The translations under genes were made by a program, and so were the position numbers. From an uncultured Gemmatimonadaceae bacterium (GTDB lineage: Bacteria > Gemmatimonadota > Gemmatimonadetes > Gemmatimonadales > Gemmatimonadaceae): 64,000 bases of DNA. Where the stretch lies: positions 1 to 64,000 of the forward strand of contig CAWBOC010000002.1 of assembly GCA_963790305.1 (NCBI GenBank), read 5' to 3'. The notes beneath the pieces are model-generated. The model made no database searches. It saw only the letters and a program-made list of their open reading frames with translations, and was not told the DNA's origin. Below are positions 49,880-60,700 of this stretch, in pieces (positions within the stretch are counted from its first letter, which is position 1; the number at the start of each line of letters is the position of its first letter).

Positions 49880-50769
49880 GCGGCCTTCGGCTCCAGACGG
49901 CGCTGGATCAATGTCCAGATGAGGATGATGATGAACAGCACGAATGCGATGGCGGCCGCGAAGCCCATGCGCCACCAGCGGAACCCTTCTTCGTACATGA
50001 GCAGCACGAGACTGGTCGTGCTCCGCAGCGGACCGCCCTGCGTCATCACGTACGGCTCGGCGAACAGCTGGAAGTATCCGATCATGACGACGACGCCAAC
50101 GAACACCAGCGAAGGCCCGAGTTGAGGCACCGTCACGTGGATGAACCGCTTCCAGGCGCTCGCCCCATCGAGCTCCGCCGCCTCGTACAGCTCGCGCGGT
50201 ATCGCCTGAAGCCCGGCGATGAAGATCAGCATGTAGTAGCCGAAGTTCTTCCACACCGCCATGAGAATGATGGCCGGCATCGCCCACTTTGGATCGCCTA
50301 ACCAGTTCACGGGAGCGATTCCCATCGCGCCGAGCGCGTAGTTGAGGAGGCCGTACTCGGCGTGGTAGAGGTAGCGCCACACGATCGCAACGGCGACGAG
50401 CGTCGTGACGAACGGAATGAAGTAGGCCGTGCGAAAGAAGGTGCGAAAGCGCGTGAGCGGCGCGTTGACGAGGAGCGCCGCGACCAGCGCGACGAGCACG
50501 GTCAGCGGGCCGCAGCCGAGGGCGAAGTAGAAGGTGTTCTTGAGGGAGGTCCAGAAGAGCGGGTGATCGATGAGCCGCCCATAGTTGCCGAGGCCGACCA
50601 TTCGCGCATTGTCGGCGTCGGCGAGGGCGTAGATGTCGAAATCGGTGATGCTGAGCAGCAGCGCCGCGGCTGCGGGAAGAAAGAAGAAGAATCCAATGAG
50701 GAGGAGCGCCGGTGCCAGGAAGAGCCAGCCGGCTCGCGCAACCTGGCGCTCGATCGTCACCGGTCTCAC
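49876..50769 (-). CDS. Carbohydrate ABC transporter permease (MalF-like)
   Basis: GLGNY, FRTAYFIP, AGLQAIPRELYEAAELDGA, MTQGGP. Confidence 0.93.
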   Translation of the reverse strand: MRPVTIERQVARAGWLFLAPALLLIGFFFFLPAAAALLLSITDFDIYALADADNARMVGLGNYGRLIDHPLFWTSLKNTFYFALGCGPLTVLVALVAALLVNAPLTRFRTFFRTAYFIPFVTTLVAVAIVWRYLYHAEYGLLNYALGAMGIAPVNWLGDPKWAMPAIILMAVWKNFGYYMLIFIAGLQAIPRELYEAAELDGASAWKRFIHVTVPQLGPSLVFVGVVVMIGYFQLFAEPYVMTQGGPLRSTTSLVLLMYEEGFRWWRMGFAAAIAFVLFIIILIWTLIQRRLEPKAA

Positions 50770-52106
50770 GGCGCTCGCTCGGCCACGCGCTGCTCGAGCA
50801 TCCACCGGCGCTTCTCGAGAATGTTGTTCACCTCGGCGTCGAGGCGGCGCATCGCTTCGGCGGGCGGCACCCCGCCGCGAATCGACTGCTCCGCGTACTC
50901 GATGAGCTTCGCCATGATGAGCTCGATCTCCGGAACGAGCGGTACCGGCTGAACTCGCTCGAGCTGCGCGCGGAACGCGTGCGCCTTGTCATTGCGTGAC
51001 AGCACGGTGTCGTCCCACGCCTCGAGGCGCGGCGGGAGATCGCCTGTCAATTGATAAAAGCGCACCTGGATCTCGGGGCGCGACAGGAACTCGATGAACT
51101 TCCACGCCTCCTCGGGATGCTCGGATTCGCGGAAGACGACGAGACTCGATCCACCGGCGGTCGAGAGACCGCTCGCTGCGCCTGTAGGACCGGGAAGTGG
51201 CGCTGTGGCCCAATCATCCTGAAGCTCGGCCGGCAGGCGTCGGCCGAACTCGCCGATGTTCCACGGTCCGGTGATGTAAAACACGAAGAGCCCACGCTCG
51301 AATTCCTGAAACAGGTTGGCAACATCGGTGTTGCCGTACACGGGGGCGAGGCCATCGCGGTACAGGCTGAGATAGAAGTCGAAGCCGCGAAGGAATGCGG
51401 AATCCGCGAATGCGCCCCATCGGCCACCGTCCTTGAGCAGCGGTGAGCCCGCCTGCATGCCGAGGACTGCCGGTTGCGCCCATTCATTGGTGGGGAGGAA
51501 GATCGCCCAGCGGTCCTTGCCGACCGTACGCTTGACGTCCTCCATCGCGCGCCGCCAGTCCGCCCACGACGTCGGCATTTCGTTCCACCCCGCCTGCGCG
51601 AGCAGGTCTTTTCGATAGAACAGCACACGCGTGTCGACGTACCAGGGAATGCCGTAGACGGTGTCGTCGACGACGTTCGTTGCCCAGATGCCCGGGAAGA
51701 AGCTCTCCTGCCGAATAACCTTCGATTGAGCAATGGGCGGCGCGAGCGACCTCAGGGCGCCGAGCGCCTCGAATTCAGGAATCCAGGTATTGCCTAACTG
51801 CGCGACGTCCGGCGTCGACTTGCCCACGTGCGCGGTGAGGAGCTTCTCGTGCGCGGCGGTCCAGGGAATCTGCTGCACGCGCACGCGAATCCCCGGATTT
51901 TCGCGCTCGAATTGGGGGACGAGCTTGGCGACCTGTTCCCCCTCGGCGCCCATCGCCCAAAAGCGGATCTCGACCTCACGGGCGCCCTCAGCGTTCCCAC
52001 ATGCAGTGGTCAGCGCTCCGAGCGCGACGAGCGCCCAACGGGAGAGACGTTGTCTCCCTCGCACCCCGAAGCCTTTGTTCAAGGTACCGGTGCGGAGCTC
52101 AGCCAC
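50766..52106 (-). CDS. Sugar ABC transporter substrate-binding lipoprotein
   Basis: Lipobox TTAC; FWAMGAEGE, PDVAQLGNTW, YGIPWYVDTR; start could be 52064. Confidence 0.92.
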   Translation of the reverse strand: MAELRTGTLNKGFGVRGRQRLSRWALVALGALTTACGNAEGAREVEIRFWAMGAEGEQVAKLVPQFERENPGIRVRVQQIPWTAAHEKLLTAHVGKSTPDVAQLGNTWIPEFEALGALRSLAPPIAQSKVIRQESFFPGIWATNVVDDTVYGIPWYVDTRVLFYRKDLLAQAGWNEMPTSWADWRRAMEDVKRTVGKDRWAIFLPTNEWAQPAVLGMQAGSPLLKDGGRWGAFADSAFLRGFDFYLSLYRDGLAPVYGNTDVANLFQEFERGLFVFYITGPWNIGEFGRRLPAELQDDWATAPLPGPTGAASGLSTAGGSSLVVFRESEHPEEAWKFIEFLSRPEIQVRFYQLTGDLPPRLEAWDDTVLSRNDKAHAFRAQLERVQPVPLVPEIELIMAKLIEYAEQSIRGGVPPAEAMRRLDAEVNNILEKRRWMLEQRVAERAP

Positions 52107-53518
52107 CCGCCGGTGAATCCCGCCCGGCGAAGCCCCTGGATGATGTATGGGCTCTTCCGCATCAGTCGCCAGATGAGGTCGCTGCGCCAGTTCTCGATCA
52201 TGAGGAGGATCGGACCCTGGTCGATCCCGAGGTAGTCGCCGTCGACCCAGCCCACGTTGGGAACGACCTGCCCGTGCCGCAGCGGCAGATTCGTTAGGCG
52301 CAGCGTTGGATTGAACGCGTCGAGAAAGCCGTAGGTCGAGAACAAGGCGTCGCCAAAGGTACGGCGCATCGCCTTGAGCGCGGGGACGGTGATCTCGGGT
52401 GCGAACGGCACCGACCCACCGGCGGCCGTTGGCACCAGGGTACCGTCATCCAGGATGTACTCGGTGCCGGCGCCGCGGGCGGCGTAGGTCTGGAATTTCC
52501 GGCTTCGGCCCTCGTAGACAATGGTGGTATCGATCGGGCCGTCGGAGGCAGTGAGACCCCAGAGTGAGTCGGAGTACATGTGCCACTGACCGGGGTTGGC
52601 GATCGCATAGGTGCGCTGTGAGTAGGTGGCGCGCCGGGAGTTCTCGAAGTAGTCGATCCCGCGCCCGCGCATGTACTCGTCCTGGATCCTGTTGAAGTCG
52701 ATGAAGACGTGCGAGTACTGATGGCCGAAGAGGGGCGGGAAGCCGAGGTGCGCTTGCCCCTGGAACGTGGTCCACTTGTAGGTCGACGTCCACGCGGGCC
52801 AGGCGGTGGAGTCGACGGCGTGGGTCGGCGAGCCTAACGCGAGAATGTAGAGCAGCATCGCCTCGTTGTAGCCCTTCCAGTCGAAGGTGTGGAACCCGCG
52901 GTCGGGGTACCATCCCATCGACACGAGGGGCGGGCGCGGCGATGCCCAGCGCCAGTCGATGCGCCGGTAGAGCGAGTCGGCGAGCGCACGCACTTCGACG
53001 TCCCCGGCGTCGGCGCCATCGAAGTACTCCCGGCAAACGAGGGCACCGGCGATCAGGAGCGCCGTGTCGATCGTGGACAGCTCCACGTTCTCGAAGCGAT
53101 GTCCCGTCTGCATGTCGAGAAAGTGGTAGAAGAACCCCATGTGTCCCGTGATACCGGACGCTTGTGGCCCCTGGGGCGCGTTCCAGAGAAAGCGAAGCGT
53201 CGTAAGGACGCGGTCGCGCGCCTGCGTGCGGGTGATCCACCCGCGCTCGACGCCGACGGGATATGCGGCGAGCCCGAAGCCAATGGCGGCGACGCTGGAG
53301 AAGGATTGTCTCGGCGCGCGGTCAGGGACGAGCCCGTTCTGTGGATTCGCGAGCTGCCAGAAGAATCCGAACGTGCGCGTCTGCACGGTGTCGAGGAATG
53401 GGTCGTTGCGCGAGACGGTGGGCGGTACGACACCGGTGGGGGGCGGCGCGCAGGCGATGACGGCCGCGGCCAGAATCGGGATCCAACCGCGGGCGGGGTG
53501 GAGATGGGTAATGGTCAT
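52079..53518 (-). CDS. Glucoamylase-family / GH144-like beta-1,2-glucanase lipoprotein
   Basis: Lipobox VIAC; GFFYHFLD, ELSTIDTA, YNEAM, PLFGHQYSH, WGLTASDGP, YGFLDAFNP, YLGIDQGP. Confidence 0.8.
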   Translation of the reverse strand: MTITHLHPARGWIPILAAAVIACAPPPTGVVPPTVSRNDPFLDTVQTRTFGFFWQLANPQNGLVPDRAPRQSFSSVAAIGFGLAAYPVGVERGWITRTQARDRVLTTLRFLWNAPQGPQASGITGHMGFFYHFLDMQTGHRFENVELSTIDTALLIAGALVCREYFDGADAGDVEVRALADSLYRRIDWRWASPRPPLVSMGWYPDRGFHTFDWKGYNEAMLLYILALGSPTHAVDSTAWPAWTSTYKWTTFQGQAHLGFPPLFGHQYSHVFIDFNRIQDEYMRGRGIDYFENSRRATYSQRTYAIANPGQWHMYSDSLWGLTASDGPIDTTIVYEGRSRKFQTYAARGAGTEYILDDGTLVPTAAGGSVPFAPEITVPALKAMRRTFGDALFSTYGFLDAFNPTLRLTNLPLRHGQVVPNVGWVDGDYLGIDQGPILLMIENWRSDLIWRLMRKSPYIIQGLRRAGFTGGWLSSAPVP

Positions 53519-53611
53519 GCCGTGATCCTGCTTCAAAAAGAGAGCCGGGCGGCGGCCGCGCCGTTTGCGCGTCCGCCACCCGGCGATCATCACCGTGATT
53601 CCTTCCTCAGG

Positions 53612-56575
53612 TCACGAGCGCGGCCTGGCAAAATCGAATTCTGCCCCGATTTGGAGCCGCCGCGGGTCACTGCTCACGCACCCCGCCTTGCCGAAGCTCG
53701 AGTCCTGCGGGTTGGTGTTGAAACAGCCAAGGTTCTGCCAGTTGAACACGTTGAACATGTCGATCGTCACGCCCATCCTCGACCCGCCGAACCGGGCGAA
53801 ATCCTTCCGCAGGCGCAGATCGAGGGTCTTGAACGTCGGTGGATCGAACCCGCCGGGGACGAAGTTGCGCTGGCACGTCGCCGCTGGGCCAACGCACGCA
53901 AACCGATCGCCCACGTCGACGCGAGCGCCGCTGCCGACAGTCAGCAATCCACTGAACTGAATCCCCCAGAGGTATGGGACGTCGAGGATCCAGTTCGTGA
54001 CCACGCGGTGGCGCTCATCATTGCGCTTCTGCCTGGGATAGTCGGCGGGATTCGGGAAGCTGAAGAGGTCGTTGAAGCCCTGCGTTTCCCGCTCGGCGAT
54101 CGTCCACGCAATGCCGCCGCCCCAACCAAAATTCTCACTCGAGCGCCGGTAGAATCGGTCGAGCTTGACCTGCACCGCGTTGTACCAGGTCTTGCCAGCG
54201 TTGTCCGCGAACAGGATCGTGCTGTATCCGGGGATCGTGTTATCCACGAAACACCCTGGTACGGCAAACGATCGTTGCGCGCAGGTGAAGTTCGCATCGG
54301 CCCAGTAGAACGTCAGCTGATTCTTGCTCTGGATGTTTGAATACGCTGCCTCGAGCAAGAACGTCCCCAGCGCCTGCCTGACGCCGAGTGTCCATTGGGT
54401 CGACCGCGGTGGGCGAAGGTCGTTGGGCAACAGCTTGACTTCGGGATTCAACGCATTGATCGCGGCCGCGGCCGCCTCGACGGCGGGCTTCCCTTGCGTC
54501 AGCAGAGCCGGGTTGAAGCGAATCTGATTCGGCCCCGGCGTTGAATCGGCCGGCACGATCTGGATGTTGTACCGCGGGTGCTGAAGCGCGAAGCGCTCTT
54601 CCAGGGTGAAGTCGTAAAGGGTGCGATCGTAGAAGATTCCCCAGGCGCCAAAGACCGTCGTCCGCTCCGCCTCGCCGATTCCATAGGCGAAGCCGACGCG
54701 TGGCTGGAACGCTCCGTAGAACTTGTCACGCTGGGAGCCGTCGGTGAAATAGCGGCTCTCATCGAGTGGGAGGAACAAGCGACTGCGATACTTGCGCAGC
54801 GAATCGACGATCGCGCGAGGCGTTACGTAGTCGTAATTCATCATCTTCGACTCGTAATCCCAGCGGACGCCCAGGTTGACCACCAGGCGCGATGTCGGAT
54901 TCCAGTCGTCCTGCAGATACAAACCGACCTGTGTGTTGTCGTCGCTGAAATTCGGATCTCCGGACTCGAACTCCACGCGTTGCGGAATGCGGAATCCGTA
55001 GTGCCAGGGCTCGTAGACGAACCGCGGGATCTCACTGTTCCGCTTGATGACGTCGTACTTCGCGAAGTCGACGTTGCCACCCACCTTGAAGACGTGCGAT
55101 CCGGCAACCTGGAGTCCGGAATACGTCACGTCGTTGCGGAGCGAGATCCGCTGCTGCGTGAAGTCCTGAACCGAGACGTTGCTCCCGATCTGCGCGCATC
55201 CGGCGTTGCAGAATCCGTAGAACCGATTGATCGGACCGGACTGATTCGGTATGGGGTTGTAGTGATACTTCTGATAGCTGAGCATTGCCTCGTTGAGGAT
55301 GGTTCCACCTGCGTACGTGTGTTTCAGCACGCCGGTGTTCACATCGTTGTTGAACCGTACCCCCGTCTCGAACGACCGCTGCAAGTCGGACCCTGGCGTC
55401 CCAAAATCGCGGACGTCATTCTCGGTCCGTAGGTTGTAGCTGAGCTCGAACGTTGAGCCGGGGGTGTGGAGGTAGGTCAGCTTCCCAAAGCCGAGCAGTG
55501 CGCGGAAGGGCTGGTCGAAGAGACCGTTGCGCGAGGCGAAATCGATCGAGTCGAGCGCGACCGAATCCGGCGGTGTGATGGTCACCCTCGCCGCGCGGTT
55601 CTGCCGGTTGAGCTCGAACGAGCCGAAGAACCGGAGATTTTCGGTCAGCGGTCCGCCGCCACTCGCGCCGAACTGGTAGCGTTCGAAATCCGGCTTCTGG
55701 AAGGTCGATCCTGGGGCGTTCTTGGACGCGCGCTGGAAGGAATCGAGCGCGACGAGATCCTTGTTGAGGATGTTGAAGAACGCGCTCCCTTCCCACACCG
55801 GGCCGCCCGTTTTCGTCGTGGCGGTAATGATCGCGCTGGACGCTTTCTGGTACTCGGCCTTGTAGTTCTGCGTGATCACGCGGAACTCCTGGACCGCGTT
55901 TCGGGGGAACGGGTTCCCGCGGCTGGCATCCTGCCCGACGACCCCGCCCTGCAGAATGTCATTCTTGTACGTCGCGCCATCGATGAAGACGTTGATCTGC
56001 TCGGCGTTTTGGGCGCCTGACGTCAGCGTCTTGCGCACCGCGTTCATGCGGTCGTTCTGCAGCTGCGTCCCGGGGGCAAGGACGGCCAGGTTGAGGAAGT
56101 TGCGCTCGGCGCTGGGAAGATCGTTGATCTGCTCCTGCGTGACGTTGGTGGCGACCTCCGACGTCTTCGTCTCGACCACCTGCTGTTGGGCCGTCACTTC
56201 GACCGCGGTCAGGGTCACAGCCGTCTCGTCCAGGCTGAAATCGATGTCGAGTGTCTGACCGATTTGAACGCGGATGGTGCGCGACTGAGGTGCCATGCCG
56301 AGGCGGCGTGCCGTGAGCTGATAGGGGCCGGGGCGCAATCCCGAGAGATTGTAGAAGCCCTGATCATTGGAATTCGTGGCACGCTCCTGACCGAGCTCTG
56401 TGTTCCGAGCGGCCACGATTGTTCCAGCTAGCGGTGTTCCGCCCGGTCCTCGCACGTAACCTCGGATGGCGCCGGTGGTCGTCTGTGCCATTCCCGCGCC
56501 CGCCGTTACGGTGAGCAACGCCAGAGCAAACACCGTCGCGCGCGGAAGCCACAGGGATACAACACGAGAAATCAT
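53612..56575 (-). CDS. TonB-dependent receptor (Oar-like, N-terminal carboxypeptidase-regulatory-like domain)
   Basis: Signal peptide, GAIRGYV..GFYNLSGLRPGPY, AVQEFRVITQNYKAEY, YLQDDW, NLGVRWDYE. Confidence 0.9.
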   Translation of the reverse strand: MISRVVSLWLPRATVFALALLTVTAGAGMAQTTTGAIRGYVRGPGGTPLAGTIVAARNTELGQERATNSNDQGFYNLSGLRPGPYQLTARRLGMAPQSRTIRVQIGQTLDIDFSLDETAVTLTAVEVTAQQQVVETKTSEVATNVTQEQINDLPSAERNFLNLAVLAPGTQLQNDRMNAVRKTLTSGAQNAEQINVFIDGATYKNDILQGGVVGQDASRGNPFPRNAVQEFRVITQNYKAEYQKASSAIITATTKTGGPVWEGSAFFNILNKDLVALDSFQRASKNAPGSTFQKPDFERYQFGASGGGPLTENLRFFGSFELNRQNRAARVTITPPDSVALDSIDFASRNGLFDQPFRALLGFGKLTYLHTPGSTFELSYNLRTENDVRDFGTPGSDLQRSFETGVRFNNDVNTGVLKHTYAGGTILNEAMLSYQKYHYNPIPNQSGPINRFYGFCNAGCAQIGSNVSVQDFTQQRISLRNDVTYSGLQVAGSHVFKVGGNVDFAKYDVIKRNSEIPRFVYEPWHYGFRIPQRVEFESGDPNFSDDNTQVGLYLQDDWNPTSRLVVNLGVRWDYESKMMNYDYVTPRAIVDSLRKYRSRLFLPLDESRYFTDGSQRDKFYGAFQPRVGFAYGIGEAERTTVFGAWGIFYDRTLYDFTLEERFALQHPRYNIQIVPADSTPGPNQIRFNPALLTQGKPAVEAAAAAINALNPEVKLLPNDLRPPRSTQWTLGVRQALGTFLLEAAYSNIQSKNQLTFYWADANFTCAQRSFAVPGCFVDNTIPGYSTILFADNAGKTWYNAVQVKLDRFYRRSSENFGWGGGIAWTIAERETQGFNDLFSFPNPADYPRQKRNDERHRVVTNWILDVPYLWGIQFSGLLTVGSGARVDVGDRFACVGPAATCQRNFVPGGFDPPTFKTLDLRLRKDFARFGGSRMGVTIDMFNVFNWQNLGCFNTNPQDSSFGKAGCVSSDPRRLQIGAEFDFARPRS

Positions 56576-56613
56576 GACGAAACCTCCTTCTACGTGACGA
56601 GCGGACGAACCGC

Positions 56614-57651
56614 TCAGGGTGAAGACTTCCGTATGACGAGAGTGGTGGGAAGCACGACGCGTCGTCCGGCGTCGGTCGCCGGATCAACGATCGCGTCGAG
56701 CAACAGTGCCATGGCCTGTTCTCCGAGCTGCGCGATCGGCACGTGGACGGAGGACAATGGCGGCGACACGTACCGAGCGATCGGAATGTCGTCGAAGCCC
56801 GCGACGGCAATGTCGTCGGGCACTCTCACATTCTCTTCGCGAAGCGCGGAGATGGCGCCGATCGCCATCGCATCGTTTGCGGCGAAAATCGCGGTGGGTC
56901 GTGGCTCGAGCTTGAGGGCAAGTCTTGCGGAGCGATATCCCGCCGATTCGGTGAAATCGCCGTTGAGCTCGAAGCGAGGATCGCGGGGCACGCCACACTC
57001 GTGCAGCGCATCGCGATAGCCGCGCAGCCGCTCGAGCGCGTCGTGATTGCCCTCCGCTCCCCGGAGGATGGCGATGCGCTCATGCCCCTTCCCAACGAGA
57101 TGCTTCACCATCTGATACGCGCCGCCGTGATTGTCGATGGTAATCACGCACGCGTCGTCGGACGTCACGGGCGAGTTAATGAACACGATTGACGTGCCAT
57201 CGCGGCGCTGCGCGAACATCTCGGCGAGCTCGACGTCGGGCGCCATGAGGATGAGTCCATCGACGCGTCCGTACATCGCGCGAAACGCGCCATGCATTTC
57301 ATCGCGGGCATTGCGTGCCGACGAGAGCAGCAACTGATATCCCGCGCGCTGGGCGCTGCGGTCAATGCCTCGAATAATCTCGGAGAAGAACTCGCCGTAG
57401 AGATCCGGAAGAAGCACGCCGAGCGTGTTCGTCCGGCTGGTGATCAGCGATCGTGCGCCGGCGTGAGGGGTGAAGCGGAGGTTTTCCGCGGCGTCGTGGA
57501 CACGCTGGCGCGTATCGTTGCGTACCGGTCCCGAGTCATTGAGGGCGCGCGAGACGGTGGCCACGGATACGCGCGCCTCGCGGGCGACATCACGAATCGT
57601 CGCCTGGCGGGGGCTTTCCGAATGTCGGCCGCGCGTGACCTTGGGGGGCAC
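56614..57651 (-). CDS. LacI-family transcriptional regulator
   Basis: TIRDVAREARVSVATVSRALN HTH; FAANDAMAIG, VAGFDDI. Confidence 0.95.
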   Translation of the reverse strand: MPPKVTRGRHSESPRQATIRDVAREARVSVATVSRALNDSGPVRNDTRQRVHDAAENLRFTPHAGARSLITSRTNTLGVLLPDLYGEFFSEIIRGIDRSAQRAGYQLLLSSARNARDEMHGAFRAMYGRVDGLILMAPDVELAEMFAQRRDGTSIVFINSPVTSDDACVITIDNHGGAYQMVKHLVGKGHERIAILRGAEGNHDALERLRGYRDALHECGVPRDPRFELNGDFTESAGYRSARLALKLEPRPTAIFAANDAMAIGAISALREENVRVPDDIAVAGFDDIPIARYVSPPLSSVHVPIAQLGEQAMALLLDAIVDPATDAGRRVVLPTTLVIRKSSP

Positions 57652-57673
57652 AGCTCGCCTCGGGCCGGAGTGG

Positions 57674-57709
57674 GTGTAAACGGTTACACTGACGAATTCG
57701 CCTTGTCAA
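57674..57709 (-). promoter_or_regulatory. Promoter (TTGACA -35) with overlapping LacI-type operator
   Basis: GTGTAAACGGTTACAC near-palindrome at 57674-57689; TTGACA on the minus strand at 57709-57704. Confidence 0.7.
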
Positions 57710-57781
57710 GAAACCCACGGCGAAAGATCAACGGGATGCGCGGCAGCCCGGCAGCCCGTTCCTCCTCCGAGGCGCGGCCAC

Positions 57782-60700
57782 TTAGAAGCTGTAGCGCACC
57801 CCCAGCTGCAAGCGACGGGAACTCTCCGCCACCACGCCGTTAGGTGCCCCGAACGCCGGCTGCAGGTTCAACCGGTTGAGCGCCGGATCGCGGGGGTTGA
57901 GGTTCACGACACGCTGGTACGACGCGACGGTGCTGTTGAAGCCGCTGAAGTTGTCGAAGTCGAACACGTTGAAGACCTCGGCGACGATACTCAGCTGCTG
58001 TCCCTGAACAATGTTGAGGTCCTTTTGCAGGCGGATGTCGACGTCACGATACGCCCAGGCGTTGGGAATGATGAAGTCCTTTTTTGGCGGGCGCCCCATA
58101 TTCCGGCCGAGCCCAGGGGGGAAGTCGTCGGACAGGAAGTTCCCGGCGCAGGGCGCATTCGCGGGGGGGCCGCCGGGCTGACCGACGAGCTCGCACGCCG
58201 GGAGACGCGCGCCGCACGTCGAGCCGGGAAGGAAGGCCTGGCAGATCTCGGGCGGCGGGTCACCGCCGAGTACGACGTTGAATGGGCGTCCCGATCCCAG
58301 GTTGATGATCGTGCTGAATCTGATGTCGAATGGCAGCACGGTGATGAAGTTCGCGACTACGCGATGGCGCTCGTCGGTATCGTCGGGCTGCCACCGCAGA
58401 TCCGACGGCCGGTACACGTGAAGGCTGAAGTTCGAGTTCGTCGACGACGGGATGTTCGCCTCCGCTTTGCTGAGCGTGTAGTTCAGAGAGCCGCCCCAGC
58501 TCCATTTCCCCTGGTGCACGAATGGGCGCTCGAGCGTGACGTACATGCCGTTGTAGCGCGTCTTGCCGATCGGCTCGGCCAGCAGGAGGTTGCCGAAGTC
58601 GTCCGAGATCTGGCAACACGCGCCCCACGGCTGCCGGTTCCCGAAGAAGAACGTCAGCTTGTTGGAGCTGCGCACTCCGGTGTAGCTCAGGGTGGCCCGG
58701 TACGCACCGAACGCCTTGCGTACACCCCCACTCCATTGGTACGCCTTCGGCGGCTCCAGGTCGTTAGGCAGCATGGGAAGCTCGGGGCGCGCGGCCGACG
58801 TACCCGAGGCGACCAGCGCCAGCAATCCCTCCCGGCTGAGATACGCATCGTCCCACTGAATGGTGGGGTTGCCTGACCCGTCCGGCAGTCCGTCGGCCGA
58901 GAAGCGGAAGATGTAGCGCGGGTAGCTGATGTTGAGCTTCTCGCCGATGGCGATTCCGGCGTATTCGCGGTCGTAGTAAATGCCGACGCCTCCAAAGAGC
59001 GTCGCATCGGCGAGCTCAGGGACTTCCCACGAGAATCCTATGCGCGGCTGGAATGCGCCAAGGAACGGGCTCCGCTTGGCAGGGTCGGCGAAGAAGCGGT
59101 CGGTGGTTCGGCTCTCCCAGCCGGGAATCGGAAGCAGCCAGGGTGCTGCTTGCGTACGGACCGAGTCCGGGGTGCGCCAGTCCGCGTTGAGCATCGATGA
59201 TTCGTAGTCCCAACGGATGCCCAGGCTCAACAGAAAGCGCGGCGTGATGTTCCAGTCATCCTGCACGTACACGCCGATCTGTGTGTTGTCCGACTTCACC
59301 CTGGGATCGCCAATTCCCATCTCGGCCTGGAAGGGGAAGGCAAAGTTCTCCGTCGCTCTGAACCTGAATTCCGGGTTCCCGAACAGCTCACGCGTGATGT
59401 CGTATTTCGAGAATGCGACCGTCGCCCCCGCCTTGAACACGTGGGAGCCGTACCACTCCGGCATGGTGTACGTGAGATCGTTGCGAAGCGTCAGCTTGTC
59501 CTGAACGAAATCCTGCTCCGTCGAGCGTCCCCCGGTGGTGCCGACGCCGTCATACACACGCCCGACGTCGGTTCCCTCGAATCGAATGGGCTTCCACTGA
59601 TATCGCTGGATATCGGCATGCGCCTCGTTGAGCAGGTTGCCGCGCGCATACTGGTAACCGAGCACGCCAGTGTAGACATCGTTATTGAAGTACTCGCCGC
59701 GTGTACGAGCTGTGTTCCCCCCGAAGCCGCGAATCTCGTACTCATCCCGCACGTTCGCGCTCAGCTCCCACCGATGACGCTCAGCGGGCTGATACGTGAG
59801 CTTTCCAAAAAACAGGTTCGATCGCAGCGGAGAGGTAAACGTTCCGCCAATTCCCGTGAGATCGTCCACGACGTTTTGAGGCCGCCCGCTGAGATTCGGC
59901 TGGACGACGTCGACGGCGCGGTTCTGATGGTTGGCCTCGTACGACGCGAAGAAGAAGAGACGGTCGCGAGCGATCGGTCCGCCGAGGCTGGCGCCGAACT
60001 GGTTCTTCCCGAAGTCGACACGCCGGAAGTTCACATCGCGTCGCTGGAAATACGTCCGGCCGATCGAGCTCTCGTTCTGTCCGAAGTAGAACACCTCGCC
60101 CTGGAATTCATTGGTGCCCGACTTCGTCGTCGCCGTGACGATCGCGCTGGTGGCCTTCGCGTACTCCGCCTTGTATTGCTGCGAGATTACTCGGAATTCC
60201 CGGACGGCGCTCTGCGGGAACGGATTCCCACCGCTGGCGTCCTGTCCGGCGACCCCTCCGGTCAGAACCTCGTTCTTGTAGCTCGCTCCGTCAATGAAAA
60301 CGTTGACGAGGTTGGGGCTCAGGCCGCTGGCGGTAATGCTGTTCCGATTCCCGCTCGGGACGACACCGGGCGCGAGCGTGGCGAACTCGAGAAAGTCGCG
60401 GTCGTTGAGCGGAAGGTTCTCGATCTGCTCGACCGAGACGTTCGTCGCCACTTCCGGCGACCGCTGATCGGTCTCGACGGCACTCCCGACAATTTCGACG
60501 GCAGCGAGCTCCGTCGCCGCCGCAACGAGCCGAAAGTCGAACGTGAGCTGCTGCCCGATTTGCGCGCGCACCCGCCGTGTTTGCGGCTGGACACCGATGC
60601 GCCGGACGGTCAACTCGTACTCGTCGGGTGGGAGCCCGGCGAGAACATAGAATCCGCGCGCCGACGTGGTGGCGTTTCGGGTAAAGTTGGTGGCGAGACT

